From Harriotta raleighana (lineage: Eukaryota): DNA of 64,000 nucleotides. Below are positions 25,901 to 40,900 of this stretch, piece by piece; the first letter of the stretch is position 1; each line of letters begins with the position of its first letter. A program made the translations under genes and the position numbers. Below the pieces are notes generated by a model. That model worked only from the letters and a program-made list of their open reading frames with translations, had not been told where the DNA came from and searched no databases. Location: positions 4,981,036 to 5,045,035 of the forward strand of contig JBNZDD010013726.1 of the NCBI GenBank assembly GCA_050575255.1, given 5' to 3'.

Positions 25901-28900
25901 AAATGTCTTTTACTCATAGAATGAATTGCATTCAACCTATGGTGTTGGATGACGCTCTTCGTTCAACATCTTTAATTCAAAAGTGGCTTCTTACACACTT
26001 TAGATTTAATTTACTGTGATGCTTCTACATCTAATGTGTGTCTTATTTTAACTTCAACAACAACAAAATTATATTGGTAGTCTTAAGTGCTGCCATAGAA
26101 AAATAACTGTGTTACTGTAGGAACCAATCTGACACTTTTAAACTGTTGTCTTCCGTGTTCTGTTTACTGTCAAGTGATCTGAAAAGATTTCCTTCATTTA
26201 TTGAGATATTTGACTAACCTGATTTGATTTCTCAACCTTTGGATTAGTACAGATTAAGATGGGCTAAATGTTTTAAGTGTCTTTCCACTGCGCAAAGAAG
26301 AATTTGCACTCTAATCTCCTAGTACATCTGCCATCCATCCTCAAATAACTGACTTCCTTTTAACAGACAGGTTTCTTTTCCCGTGTGGTAGGAACTACAC
26401 AGAGAACAATTTTGCCAAATTTAACGTCAAATTCAGTCTTGCTTGAAAATGGAAAATCTTTCAAGCTGTGATGTACAGTATGCACTTGCCTCCTTCTAAG
26501 GTCAATAGTTGGAAGATGCTCTGAATGCTTTAAATTGTTTTGTCTTCTTGACATTTTTTCGGAGAGTGAAGGGCTGCACATCATCTCATCATGATACATT
26601 TAAGACATTTTCATATTGATGATACATTTTCATATTGTTTATATCGATGGAGCTGAGCCATTATTTTTCTAATCCTGTTAATAATAATGTTAAATGTTAC
26701 ACACACACTTTCCAGTAGGGGTCACTGAATAGTGATCAGGAACAAGTACAGTACCAGGGTTTATTTTTCCCCTACCTAGCCCAGGAGCACAGAATCTTCC
26801 TGTGAGATCAGTAAGATCAGTAACTAATTCAGGATAAACTTTGAATTGTAAAGGTTGCTTTCTGGTCTGTACAATTTAGTGCCACAGCAAGACAGTGCCT
26901 TTACCCAGGTTCCAGTTGTATGGGTGCAAGCACTTAAAAATTGTTATTGTGAGTTGATTGAAGTCAGGAAAGTACCAGCTGAATATTGTTGATTACTCAC
27001 TGGCAAACTATGCTTCTCCAAACCGTAAAGCATCTACTCCAGGATATACAAAACTTCCTTCTATAAACTACCGAGCGGCCTAGCATCCAAGAAGCTAGAC
27101 AGTGCATGCAAGCTGACAATTCCTTAAGGCAAATAAAATATTCATGTAAAAATAGTTTTGTTCTTCTATAAATTAGAGAATGCACAGGAGTGTAAATGCT
27201 TAGACTTGCCCTTCTCTTGTAAATGTCTCACATTCATAACAAACTGAAAGCTTCATCCTACCTGAACCTTCTGGTCTTTTTGTCCCATATACATCCCGCC
27301 CGCAGTTTGCTCCCCCCTTGGTTAGTGCAGTTTCCTGCTGTTCTCCCCTAGTGTGAAAACTAATTGTGCTCATAAATCCATCATTCGCAACAGCAGAAAT
27401 CTAATAACTCTACTTTGATCAAATTTTACCTGAGCTCTTTCATTCATCACTAGTTTATCAAAAGTGAGGTAATGTATAAACATCAACCGAGCTGCTCAGC
27501 AATTGAATGCCTTTTACAGCTTGAACTATTCACGAATTTTAACCTTGCTGTTGAGGAGCGGTGCTGGGTGCAAGCCAGGTGCTTCTCCATAACAGAGGAG
27601 GAAATTGCAGAGTGAATTCCCCCTGAGCTCGATTCACAGGCACGGTATATGGTTACAGGGCAGCCCTGAATGGAGCTCACCTGCTTAGCCTTCCAACCAG
27701 GAGTTGTTGTCTGAAGCCTTGGGAAATAAAAAGATGCTGTGGAAAATATCAAATAATTTATTGATGAAACAAAGAACTTTTAAAAGTAGCTGGCTTCAAC
27801 GTTGTGTTAGGATAAAATATTGGGCGCTCAGAATGTATATTAACTACACTTAAATTAAGTTCTACAATTTGTTCATGACAAACCACATAGAAATGCAAAT
27901 CACATAAAAACTCAAAGAAATTACAGCACATAAGGTGGCCATTCAATCCTTTCAAATCTGTAATGATGCTAATTCCTTTGCTGAGAGGGTTTCTATCCTA
28001 GTTCTCAACGCCCTCCTCTTTCCCTCTGAGCTATTGTATTGCTTCTATGCAAATCCAACTTTCGCCTTTAAATGTGGTTTTAGTCTTAGCTTCAATAGTC
28101 ATTTGTAGCAAAGCATGCCCCATGTAAATAACCCATTGCTTTACCATTCAATTTAAAATAAACCCATTATATTTAGCACAGCATTGCTTCATCAACAAGA
28201 AGCTGAGCTCTGCATTTGTCCATGAATGGCGTTATTAGGTTTCATTACTAGCTGGTGTCCAATGTCAGTATTTACTCCCGATATGTTTACTTGTGTATTC
28301 ACCCTGCAACTCACTGATCCTGGTTTCCAACCAGCAGTGCACACCTCTCCATTTCGGTCACAGTGTCCGAACTCTGTGGTTTCAACAAGCGTCAGAAGTA
28401 GTCACACCAAATCAAAGCAAAGTTTCCTACAAATCACCTTTTATATTATTGTACACATATTCCTACATATAAAAAGAAAAAAAATCCCTGCATTTGATAT
28501 AGCATTAGATATCAAGACATCACAATGAGTTTCACAGTACATACTGCACAGTGTAGTTGTTGTGTATTTTGTGGGTGAAACACTGCATCTATTTGCCCAC
28601 AGCAATATCCCCAAAATAGTCATGGATTGAGTGATCAAATTTATTATTAGTTTCAAGGGATTATTAACCCTGGTAAGCGATCAGCCAATCAACTAACAAT
28701 AGGGTATCCTATTTACTGCTAAGTAAACAAAAGTATGCAAGGTGAGGAAACTTCCTTAAGGTTTCACCCTGTCCCAGGAAAACAAATCCATGTCCTCTCA
28801 CTTGCGAGGCGAGTGCTCTAACCACAACATTGGAGGTCTCCATATTACTAGATAAGCTCTTCACCTCCCCTCTGCACAAGTGGGATCTTCCCTGACATGA

Positions 28901-31900
28901 AAGATGCTCTTCAAATGTGATTTTATTTTTGTTGTTGTTGTTTCCTTCCTAGAAGTACATTTAAGCCTCAAAGAGGTGGTTTGAAACTTATGATTTTTGT
29001 ATTTTGCAGAATGGGTTCACTCCTTTGTACATGGCCGCACAGGAGAACCATCTTGAAGTTGTAAAGTTCCTGCTGGACAATGGTGCAAGTCAAAGTATTG
29101 CAACTGAGGTAATTCAGTTTATTATTCCTTCTGTCTATCGTGAAAATGTGGATCTTTCACTAATATTATGATTTGGTCTGATTTAAAAGCACACATGCAA
29201 TGGTGGGAATATATTTTTTAAATTTCTAAGCATTTTTAGAGGCTGATGTGTGTTGTGAGATCTGATTGAATTAGGCTTTACAATGACGTCAATAGGAAGA
29301 TAATTTATTCTGTTCTCTTTAGAGTGGAGAATGAAATCATTAAGTCACTGAAACTGAACACTTAGCAATCTAGAAAATGTTTTGCCAATTCTTTCCACAA
29401 TTGTCATATTAATATACTACCAGCTCTTTTAAAGTGCTGCTTTTACTGTTTGTTTCAATGAAGCTGGGTGTTTGACTCTTAAGCACTTGATGTTGTTTCC
29501 TTGGTGTCGTATTTTAAGACATTCATTACCGTACTCCTCAACAATAATGTTGAGTATTAAAAAAAAGTTGCCAAAATAAGGATGTTCCTGTTTTGTGCTT
29601 TTGTAATATTTTGGGACCAGTTCAGCTGTAATCTTTTGCATTTGAACAAAAAGTAATTGGAAACATTGTTAACTTTATCTGAATAAGCAGCATTGCACAA
29701 TTTGTGTAAGTAGAAAGATGTTCTACCAGTCTCACCAAATTTATCATATCACATAGCAAGTGACTAGTTACAAAGGTGCTGTGTCATTATAGTCTCTCAT
29801 TTCACTAAACAGATTGTATACAACATTGAGACTGGTGAACAGACTTGCATAGACCAGAATTATTGCTGCAAAATATGCCAGTGGAAGGATAGGTTTAATC
29901 GCTCTCATAAAAGTTCATCACCCACTAACATAATAGTTATCAAATCTGTTTTATAGAAGACTCAGATAATTTCATGGTCTTCAGAAAAGACACAACTCGT
30001 GTAGTTAGAATGGCAGAGTATATCTGTCAGAGAAAGCAGTGAAATGTTTGGGTTTCACTGGGACATTCAGCATTGGCAATGCCAAAACCTCAAAACTTCA
30101 AAGTAAAACAGCACAGCTTCTGGGGTTATGGATTTCTCATTCACTTCTCTCTGAATCTGACTTGTCTAGTCCTCTACTACACTGCTGCAAATCTCAGATC
30201 TCTGTTCCACTGCTCCCTGAGTGTCTGATGTCAAGCTCTGATGTCAAGATCTGATGGTCTGTTCTGGACTTCAACTGGCGGAGAGAGAAATCAGTGTGGG
30301 ATTTCTGACATTTGCTGTTACATTCTGAATGTCTGTCCTTTCACTTTGCTAACCTGCATCCATTCGCCCTACAGTGCAGTCCTGTAGCTCAGTAGTTAGA
30401 GCACTCGCTCGCAAGTGAGAGACCTGGGTTCAATTTCCTGCCAGGTCACAGCGAAACAGTGGGCAAGTTTCCTTACGCCACATGACTGATAATAAATCCC
30501 CTCCAAAAAAACCCAATAATAAATTGGTCATTTCAATCCATGACTGTTTGTGGGACACTAATAATAATAATCCTTGCATTTAATATAGCACTTTTTCAAG
30601 TCTCCTAGACGTCTCAAAGCGCTTCACAGAATATACTGTAAAGTGAATTGCCTGTATATTTGTGGGCCAATTGTGCACAGCAGTGTTCCCACGAACAGTC
30701 ATGGATTGAAATGACCAATTTTTATTATACACTGCAATCTTGGAGTCTTAGGTAGTCTCCAAAACTGCATCCTTCTAATGGACAGCTCCTCTTTAGAGTT
30801 TCTGGCTCAGCTCCCTTCATTGTCTTAACAGTATCTACAAAGCTCTTTGATTGAGATACCCTCATTATATCTTTATTAAACCATAGTGCCTCAGTTATAA
30901 TAACAATAATTGCATTTGTATTCATGATTGCAATGATCAAAATGAGTATCCAGCTAAGATGTTCTTCAACTACCTCAGACCATATTAATTCTATGATCAA
31001 CTTGAGAACAGTGAAGCATTTTGCACATTGTTTTAAATACAATTGGCTGGCTTGGTTATGAAGTACATTTTAAAGCATCTTTACACAAAAAGTTTCTTTG
31101 ATTTTCCTCTACATTTTCACAGATGTTTTGTGCAATTCCACTTAAACAAGGAAATCTGTTTCCCCAGTTCAGACTTATTTGGGTGTACAATTAGGAGGCA
31201 TGCATACGATTTTTACTGAATGCGAAATGCAATTTAAAAAAAATACTGTTTCCCAGTTGCAATTTTAAAAACAATTTAAGAATCCTAATCAGGCTATTTC
31301 AGTGGCTGCCCTACAGTGGAGTAGTTAGTATATAAAAAGATATTAAAGCTACACAAACCTTATTATATACCTGAACTTGAAACACATGTAAAAAACACAT
31401 GTAAAAACAACTGATAGTCTGTTTAATAGAGGCATTGTGCTCTGTTTAAAAAAAAGTACACTTAAGCTGAGCAAAAAATTCACATGACCTCTTGTGTTTG
31501 ACACACAAGCTGCCTGAAGTGAAGGATCTATTCCAGTCTTTTGTATTAATTGCTTTAAGTAAATCAATTAAAATAATAATACTTGTGTTTTAATGATCAC
31601 CACAGTACCATTGACTTGCTGCATAATTCAAGCCAGTGTTTTTGTATCAATAGTATTGGTAATTGTTCACCTTTCTGTTATAAAGGATGGATTCACACCA
31701 CTTGCTGTAGCGCTACAGCAAGGCCACGATCAGGTGGTATCACTGTTGCTGGAAAATGATACAAAGGGAAAAGTCCGGCTCCCGGCTTTGCACATTGCGG
31801 CCCGCAAAGATGACACCAAAGCTGCAGCATTGCTTCTGCAGAATGATCATAATGCAGATGTGGAGTCAAAGGTAGGTTTTGCTCCCGAGTCAGGCACCTT

Positions 31901-34900
31901 GCCCTAGTGATGTTTACGTGGCCCCTCTACTGGTGAATGAAGAGTGTATCAGAAAGAAACCCAGCAAAGGAACCTCAAGTCAATCCCTGTGGGTTTTGTA
32001 TCTGTTTCTAATCACTGAAATAACAAAGTCAATCTCCTCAAATTGCAGGAATGTGTGTTTTGCTTATGATTATTTTGTAATGAATAACTCCTTAAAACTC
32101 CTTAAAACTCTGTCTTTCATCCGCTGTGAGGATGTTTCCGGTAACTGTGAACTGTGACAACTTGTGAACTGTGTTTGCAAGGAATCCTTCCTTATTTAGT
32201 ACATTCTAGTCCTGAGGCCTGAATTCTCTTCTCTTCTCCTCTTTCTTTCTGGTTTATTTGCCCTCTCTCGGCCCATTTTGCTTACATTACTACCTTCTGT
32301 CATTCGCCAACATAGAGCTTGTGCATCCATGTCACCTGTTGGTGAACTAACCGTTCATTTTTTTCTTTTCCTCGCTGCCCTATGTGCTATCGTAGATGAT
32401 GGTGAATAGAACAACAGAGGTATATATACCACGTCACTCTTCCACAATCTATGTGCTGCTTCTTCATCTCACTCTTTTTTCTGGCTTTGCTTTCCTTTTA
32501 AAAATTAACGGCTTTATATAAACTAGCATGTCCGAGTATAGACAGTAGTTTGAACGGCAGGGCTTTCTGCAGTTGGATTTAGGAGCTTTACTCACAGAAT
32601 ATTGACCGCTTTAGTTTTAGCTTTTTATTTTAGTGTTAACAAAAATGCACCCTCAAAATATTTTGGAATGTGTTTTGATCGGAACATGTGTTTCAGTGTG
32701 TATACTGGAAGTGAGTGGAGCCTGTATCCAGTTACAGTGTCTGATGTAACACACATGCTGAGAACTGCAGACAGCCCTGACACAGTTTGCATTCAGGATT
32801 TACTCCTCAGGCTGCTGCATGACACTTATCCTGCAAGTGTCAGCAAAGAGAGGTTTTAAAGCCTTCTGATAATACACTTTTCAAAATATGGTTTCTTTAC
32901 AGTAAGCATGGCTATGAGACTTGCTGAATATTTGTAAATGCATCAAGTTCCTTCAGGACTCGTAGTATGGGTTCTGGATTATTAGCTGCATGTTCTAGCA
33001 TTAACGTGGTACTGTACATGAACTACCTGCCAAGTGTAACCTTGCCTAGTATAACCTTGCCTAGTATAACTGCAGCTTTGTAGAATAATCTAGTGCTGAG
33101 TCTAATGTTTAAACTAAAAACAGAGAATCTCCGATACATAGGACGGTTTCATTTAATGTAACTGAACACTTGTCAGTTCAGCTTCAAAGCAAACTTTTAC
33201 TGCACCACACACTTGGGATATTCACACGTGTTTTCCCCCATCTCACTTAAAGGGTGTGTGTGATCCTCTATTTCAGGCTTGCAAGGCAGGAAATCACACT
33301 TGCAAATATCTGAACATATTGATATCACTGCTGAGGGTTGTCAACACAATGCCTCATAAACGTAGCTGAACATGTCAGACGCTGGCTGCACATTGTGCTC
33401 GTTGCCGCACCAGATGACAACCACTTTCAGTGGAACAGCCTGAGCCTTTCTTGGCAACCTGCCACTTTGTGCCGACAGCTCCCACCCTTTGGGGATGACA
33501 TATGCCCTTTAAGCATACTTGCACACAAGGTCAAGTGATGCATTTTCGCATGTACTGCAGTTTGAGTTAAACTCAAAGATTCACTGTATGACTCACATCC
33601 CCTCTCCCTGCACGTTATGGAATTCACACTAGTGTAAAATTGCACTGTTTTATGAATCAGTATCTACATTTGCCAATTTTAGAAAAGCCTTAAAGCAGTG
33701 AACGTGTTTTACAGGTTAACTGTAACCATTCAAGTTGCCTGTATCTGGTAACTAAATATTTTATCTTGCTTCAAACATTACTATTTGCACTGTGAGCTGC
33801 TGACTCTTTGTGTGACCATATTGGAGTGAGAATATAAAACCACATGGGTCCAAGATTTCTTTTCAAATTTGACCTATGTGGAGAGCAGCGACAAATGTTT
33901 ACATCTGTAGAACTCCTGGAGTTATGAACTTTGTCCCATGGAGTTGGTTTGTGTCACAGTTGTGGGGTTTCCTTGTCAAAATAAGATCAGTTCACTGAGG
34001 AATGTTTGAGGGTAGCTAACGTTTTTTGACAAATAAAGTTCATGTAGCTGTGTTTCCTCTTGGAAATTTCCATAGAGCGAAACAATGTGAAGAAGTACTA
34101 TCAAGCCACTACACAAAAGATCATCAAAAGCACCAACCACACAGCTAAATGCAGTCTTGTAGAAATTCCCCTTCATGGATTAATAGTAAAAGTCTACAAC
34201 TTAGTTGTCAAAAGAACTCCATGCAGTGATTATTGGTCAGGAATTCTAAACATGAAGAGAATACTTAAACAGTGTTCACAGTTAAGATGTTACTGCCAAG
34301 CTCTATCCCAGGTAAAATAACCATTGTTCTACTTCAATGTTAATCATCCACTGATAAACCTTGGTTTGAATTGGTTCACGTCCAGTCTCAACTCGCACTC
34401 AAGCCTTGCCTCTTAACAACCTTCATCTGATACACCCCGGAATTCAGCAAGCAGAGGTGTATCTGTCTAGGGAGAGGGTGTGCAGTCCATTCCAAATACC
34501 TACAGGGAACGTGGCATGAACATTGAACTCTTTCTGGTTTGGATATTCTTCAGCACGGTGATCGGTTTCCACATTCCACAGCAACCGGCTGAGCAAAGAT
34601 AAAAGGGCATCTGATCATGACATTGGAGGCCTAAATTAACAGTGTTTCAATATTGTGTTCAACATGCAATGGATGCCTATCACAGAGCTGAATACTGCTT
34701 GTTGTTTTTCAAAGGATGGAGTTCACACAGATATGAAGTGATGAGTTAAAAAAAATTTTTTTTTTGCCGAGATTAGAAAGAAGAATTGTTACAGCTCAGC
34801 ATTGGTGCCTGCATTGCCTTTGGATCCAAGACATTATTGTCATGCTATGAACATTTTCTCAAAAGACACAGTCACTAAACTTCAGAGTAAAAATTCTGTG

Positions 34901-37900
34901 AAGCACTTTGAGGCATTTTGACGAAGTGCTATATCAAATGCAAGATTTTAAAAAAATTTGGTTACTAATCTCTAACCAATAGAAAAAAGTAATGGATTTA
35001 AGCAAATGGAAAACTAAGCTGAATTTGAAAGTGGAGTGTTGTGGCTGTGTTACTGCAGAATATCATTTCTGTTGCATTACTTCATTAAATGCATTGAGCT
35101 AAATGTAAACGTTTGACTAACCAGGAACTGATGGAAACATTTTGATCTAAAATTGAACTATTGGAGGTTGGTATAGTGGACACATTAGTATAATGAATGC
35201 TCAAAATCTTTTTTTTCAGAGTGGCTTTACCCCGCTTCATATAGCTGCCCATTACGGGAATATAAACGTTGCAACTTTGTTGTTGAATCGAGGTGCTGCT
35301 GTAGATTTCACAGCCAGGGTAAGATTCCAGTCTTCCCACATCACAAGTTCTCTCTCTTCTTGTATACTCTGCACTGTGGGAAATTTTTCTTGATGTGTTT
35401 CAGTAGTTTTGCTTTTTTATATGTATGAGTGAAAAGTTACCAATATGTGGAAATAATGGAATTGTTCCCTTCTGATAATATCTCAAAAACACGAGTTTCA
35501 TGTGCTTGAAACTGGCATTCTTCATCTCTCCGATTACAGCACAATGCATGAAATGACTGCGTTTGATGAAGGCTGCCTAGCCTATGCCCAGAGAGAATGC
35601 ACAGTATTTTGTTCTTCCAATCTGACACCCATATTAATATTATTCCCACTGAGTGTGAAACCAGGGCATGCCTATGCACATGCAGAATTATTGAGAACCA
35701 GAACCCCAAGAGTAAAAGAATAAAAGGAATAGACAGAACACCTTCAAGTTAAAGTACAGTTTATACAGCGTATCTGAATAATTATGCAGGCAGCGGATGG
35801 TACTATGAGAAATATGATGGGATTTTTTACTGTGTTTTTCATAAGGACATGAAGGGTAGCAAGACTGGAGTGTTGAATCTCCCAAAACTAGTTCAGAATC
35901 TCTTGTTTCTCTCAATATCTTGTTCCCTATCCCCACAATGACCCTCTACACTTGGCATCACATTCTTTGCATATTTTACACTAACTTATAGGGCTATTGT
36001 ATAAAATATATTTTATCTGGCTCTCTGTGTAAATCTGCATTCCTGCTTCTAAATAATAGGTAACCAATTTAGGTATATATTCAACCGCATCAACATAGGA
36101 ACTTGGTGTACAGGATTTACATTGAAATGTCAATATTAGTTAAAACTTGAACTGATCTTTGGTCTCAGACAGCTGCATTGCCAAAGGTGAGCAACCGAAT
36201 ATCCAAACCAACCCCTTTTCAAAATATAATTTCAGTAAATACCCAGTTTAAGGATAATCAGTGATGGTATCCCTCTGGTTGCTACATTAGCAACTTTGGC
36301 AATGTGTGCTTTCAAAGGAAAGTCAAATTGTAAGCTCACAACAGTAATATTTTTAGGGCTAAGAGGAATTTCACCTATAGATCTATTTATACAAGCTGAA
36401 GGCACATTTGTATAATTAAAGTAAACACGTGGAACCTGTAAGGTAATGTACCTTCTATGGGGCACAGATCTTAAGAATGCATGAGTTGAATTGAAGGTCT
36501 CAGAGATGCTCTCAATTGGCTACTGATAAAATATATGTCCAAATTCATCTTTATAAATCTGAAATATTTGACCATATTCATAGATGCCAACTAATATGGG
36601 GAAGGGTGTTTTGCACTTTGTAGGTACTGTATTTCCAACTTCAAAGGATAAAGTGAAAGTCACATTATTGATCAGCAGAAGCTAGCATGGTTCCAGAATT
36701 TATTTTGCAATACGACTGGGATATGATCCAAATAAGCAAATTGCCTCTCCACTTGAAAAGCTGTGGGGTATTTTGATTAGTTTGAAAGGCGTTCCCCAGC
36801 TCATTTCTTAGGGTTTTTTCCATTTGCATCTTTTGGTGTTATTGACCACCAAACATAGAGCCTACTCCAACTGACACAGCCATGATTTCAGATAAAGATG
36901 TTCCCCCAAAAGGTTCCAGTGCAGTGTATTTTCAGGGTTGCTGTTTGGTAATGTCCACGGGTTTAAATAAATGGTTTAAAACGTGCATTGTAATGCAAAA
37001 TAATTTGCATGTATTTTAAAATGCATGGAAAATCATAGCAGTGTTTAAAGAACAAATAAGACATTGTTATCATTTAATTGATTTTGTTTGGTTGGTTGTG
37101 AAAAATTATTGTCAAAAAAAATAATAATTTGACTGAATATTGTGCATTCTGCATCTTACCGCAACAGGCCTGTGAATTATGACATGATAGTGTCTTGTAA
37201 AATACAAGACTTTGAAACTTTTATGTAAGAAGGGTAATATTGCGTTACTACTATTACATATATGTCTTTCATATTGATTCAATATTCTCTTCAGAATGAT
37301 ATTACCCCACTGCATGTGGCCTCAAAGAGAGGGAATGCCAACATGGTGAAGTTATTGTTGGATCGAGGATCACAGATTGAAGCCAAAACAAGGGTAAGTT
37401 TGCATTTCCTATAATAAGTAGCACATCAAGTTATTAGCCAGTTTAGGTGGGATCACAGTGAGAGTGATCTGGAGATTTTCAGTACGTAAATAGTTCCTGT
37501 TTGGCTGATTTCTATAGGGCACCAGGCAGTCATCAAAAGAAAACATAAAACCAACAACCACAAGTGTGTTCACAAAGAGAGATATTAAAAAAGATCTTCT
37601 AAAATTTAGGGAACACAGGCTGGCTGTGACAGAGTAGCAGAGATGCAANAAAACCAACAACCACAAGTGTGTTCACAAATAGAGATATTAAAAAAGATCT
37701 TCCTAAAATTTAGGGAACACAGGCTGGCTGTGACAGAGTAGCAGAGATGCAACCTATTGTGAGATTCCATTGGATCACTTTTTTTAAATATATATTTTTT
37801 GCATTTCCTTTATTGGAGCAATAAAAAAAGGGGGGGAAAAAAAATCCCCTCACTTGTGATGGACCATTGAAAGAATAAATTAACCTTTGTTTCAGTACAA

Positions 37901-40900
37901 AGTACATTCAGTCATTGATAACACCATGCAAATGATTCTCCAATGATACCAATGCGAATTCTTGTTCCAGGGACAAAACTGATGTTTAACTTCTTTTAAA
38001 TGGCACCAGTGCATAGCAATGAAATGGGGTCACACATAGTTCAGTAATATATATACAGTATAATGTTAAGCCATATAACATTGAAATCAGTACGTATTCT
38101 ATTATGGAGCATTGTAGTGTTGGTGGGCAGAACTCAACAGATAAAAAACAGCACTTTTCACATAATTTCCTTAAACATCTTATGCATGTTAGTCCCAATA
38201 CAACATCCCCATATTATTAATAATAGTAATTCTTTCATTTGATGTAGCCCCTTATCACATCTTCAAGATGTCTCGACGCGCTTCATAAAATATACCGTAA
38301 AGTGAATTGACTGTATTTTTTGTGGGGCGGAAAAAATATCCAAACTGTAGTTCATTTGAAGATGGGTTGCATCCTTTCGGAGCTATTTTTCAACGTTTTC
38401 TTTCATCAATGTAACATTGTTTAAACTGTCGAGTTTTTAGTTGATTAATTTGGCACATTTTCTTCTCCAGGACGGATTGACACCTCTACACTGTGCAGGG
38501 AGGAGTGGCCATGAGCAGGCTGTGGAAATGTTGCTGGACCGCGGGGCCCCAATTCTTTCAAAAACGAAAGTATGTCATTCTGAACAAATCGGCATCAAAG
38601 TCGTTGTTTTAAAACCAGATATTCAAACTGTTGGCAACTTAAACTATTTACAAAAACAGCAGCTCAAGTGCTAAACAAATGCTACTTGCTTCAGAACTGT
38701 TGTAGACAAATGTATTCTAGAATTTGTCGGGGTGCCATTCTCTTGTTGTCTTCGGTTCTGCCTTGTTCTAATACAGCAGACGTCTCTGGTCTGTCCAAAC
38801 TGAGGGAAAGGTCTATACGTCGTTATTGTTGGTGGATGTTGACGCAATGTACAATATAGTACAATATATAAAAATTCACACCGAGTCACGGAAGCTTTTT
38901 TAACGAATTGACTGGACTTTATTCAGGCAATACGATTGTTAAGCCTGTAAATGAACTACAATTTGGATTTCATTAACCATCATCGTGCTTTATGAACCAA
39001 GCTCCTCTGAATAATGACATTTGATCATTGAAGCAGGTGTATTCCAGGAGACCAGGTATAACCAGCAGTGGTGTGCACCCGTCTTTACTTTTACCATTTG
39101 TTTGATCCTCTGTTAGAATGGATTGTCTCCTCTGCACATGGCAACACAAGGCGATCACCTCAATTCGGTGAAGCTGCTCCTTCAGCATGACGTGCCTGTG
39201 GACGATGTGACAAACGACTACCTGACAGCTTTGCACGTGGCAGCCCATTGTGGGCACTATAAGGTTGCCAAGGTCCTTTTGGAAAAGAAAGCCAACCCAA
39301 ATGCCAAAGCGCTGGTGAGTACTGTGAACGTTGCTCCTTCCATCATTCCCTTTATTGGAGACAGGCAATGTGTTCTGGGCAGCAGGCCATCCAAAGTTAC
39401 TACCTGGAGTAGTTTTACTGCTGCAACATGTTCCGTTTTATTCCCGTTTGATTATCGTTGCCCTTTCAGGTGGTTACAATTGTCGGTGATAATCTGTTTC
39501 TTTTTAAATGGAACATTAAAAGGTGAGTTGGCTATTCTGCTCAGTTACCGGGGCAAAACATTTTTTTTATTGGGGAAAAAAAAGATTTATTTTGCCCAGC
39601 TAGGCGACTTTTATTGAAAAGAAAATGTTACCAGCAAGCAGGTAGAATCTCTTTGCCTGTGAACTAACAGTTGACAAATGTTTTGAGATAAGTGCTTGCG
39701 GCTGAGCAAGAAACCTGGACACCACGCTCACACGAAGGAGCGAAGGGATCACATGAGAGTACCTGCTTCTGAAGAGATTCTGATCTCTCTTTGGGCGGAG
39801 AAGGAAGACTAGCAGTGATAAAGAGCACTTAGGGCGAAGGGGAAAATTCCAAAGAACCAAAACTTCATTCCACAACTTTGCCATTTACTTTCACAGAATG
39901 TGGTTAACTCTTTGGGATCTCTGTCAGGTGGCATGTTAATCACGACAGAATTGTGTGTTCCACTTTTTTTTAGCTCTGCCATCTATCACTTCATACGAAC
40001 AGTGGTTGGAAAGCAGCATGTGAATGGACGAATAATCAATCCTATAGAACTGGCCTCCTTACCTCTTCCTGCACCCCTCCCCAAACTTCCACACCTCTGA
40101 ATCCTATCAGACATTTCCCAACAATGTTTTCTATGTTCATTTTTTTTTTACATGTCCACAGTTTATCACACTAATGCTTGATGAACCTGCCTTTAGTTGG
40201 TTTACAGCCCCTGTTGGAGAGAGGCAGATCCATTTAAATTCACAGTTAGTTTTTAATCCAGACTGGATTAGTACCAGTCATTTCAAATATACGTTATTAA
40301 TATTCTGTTGGACTCAGTAATCAGCATCACCTTGTAAAGTCCATAGCAATATCACCACCATCCAAAACTGTTCCAGAAAGCAACTAAGGGTGTCAGCTTT
40401 CATAATTCTTGTGATACAGTAATCCTTGCATTTGATGTAGTGCTTTTCACATCTTCTAGATGTCTCAAAGCGCTTCACAGAATATAGTGTAAAGTGAACA
40501 GACTGTATAATTTGTGGGTGAAACGAGGCAGCCAATTGTGCAGAGCAGTGGCCCACAAACAGTCATGGATTGAAGTGACCAATTTCTTATTGTTTTTTTT
40601 TCTTGAGGGATTATTATAAGGAAACTTGTCCAAGGTTTCGCCCTACCTGGAATCGAACCCAGCTCTCTAGCTTGTAAGGCGAGTTTTCTAACCACTGAGC
40701 TACAGGACTTCACATGATCCAGTAGTTTGATAGATGGCTCCTAGTAATAAAACCATCTGCTTAGGATACCCAGTTAAACTTCAGTGTGGGCACTTCTTGT
40801 TTCAGGAAATGTAATGAAATGAATTCCAGTGGATACTGCTTTTTGTTTATCAGCAAAGCTTTAATTTTAAACAGAGTTTGATTTCAGGAGATTCCTGCTG

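Noticed and set aside
27483-27725. Slightly GC-richer intronic stretch that could be an internal exon or promoter
   Set aside because: No convincing splice-site pair in frame and no recognisable peptide.
38973-39368. 131-aa minus-strand ORF
   Set aside because: Antisense shadow of the ANK3 exon at 39117-39314; no independent support.
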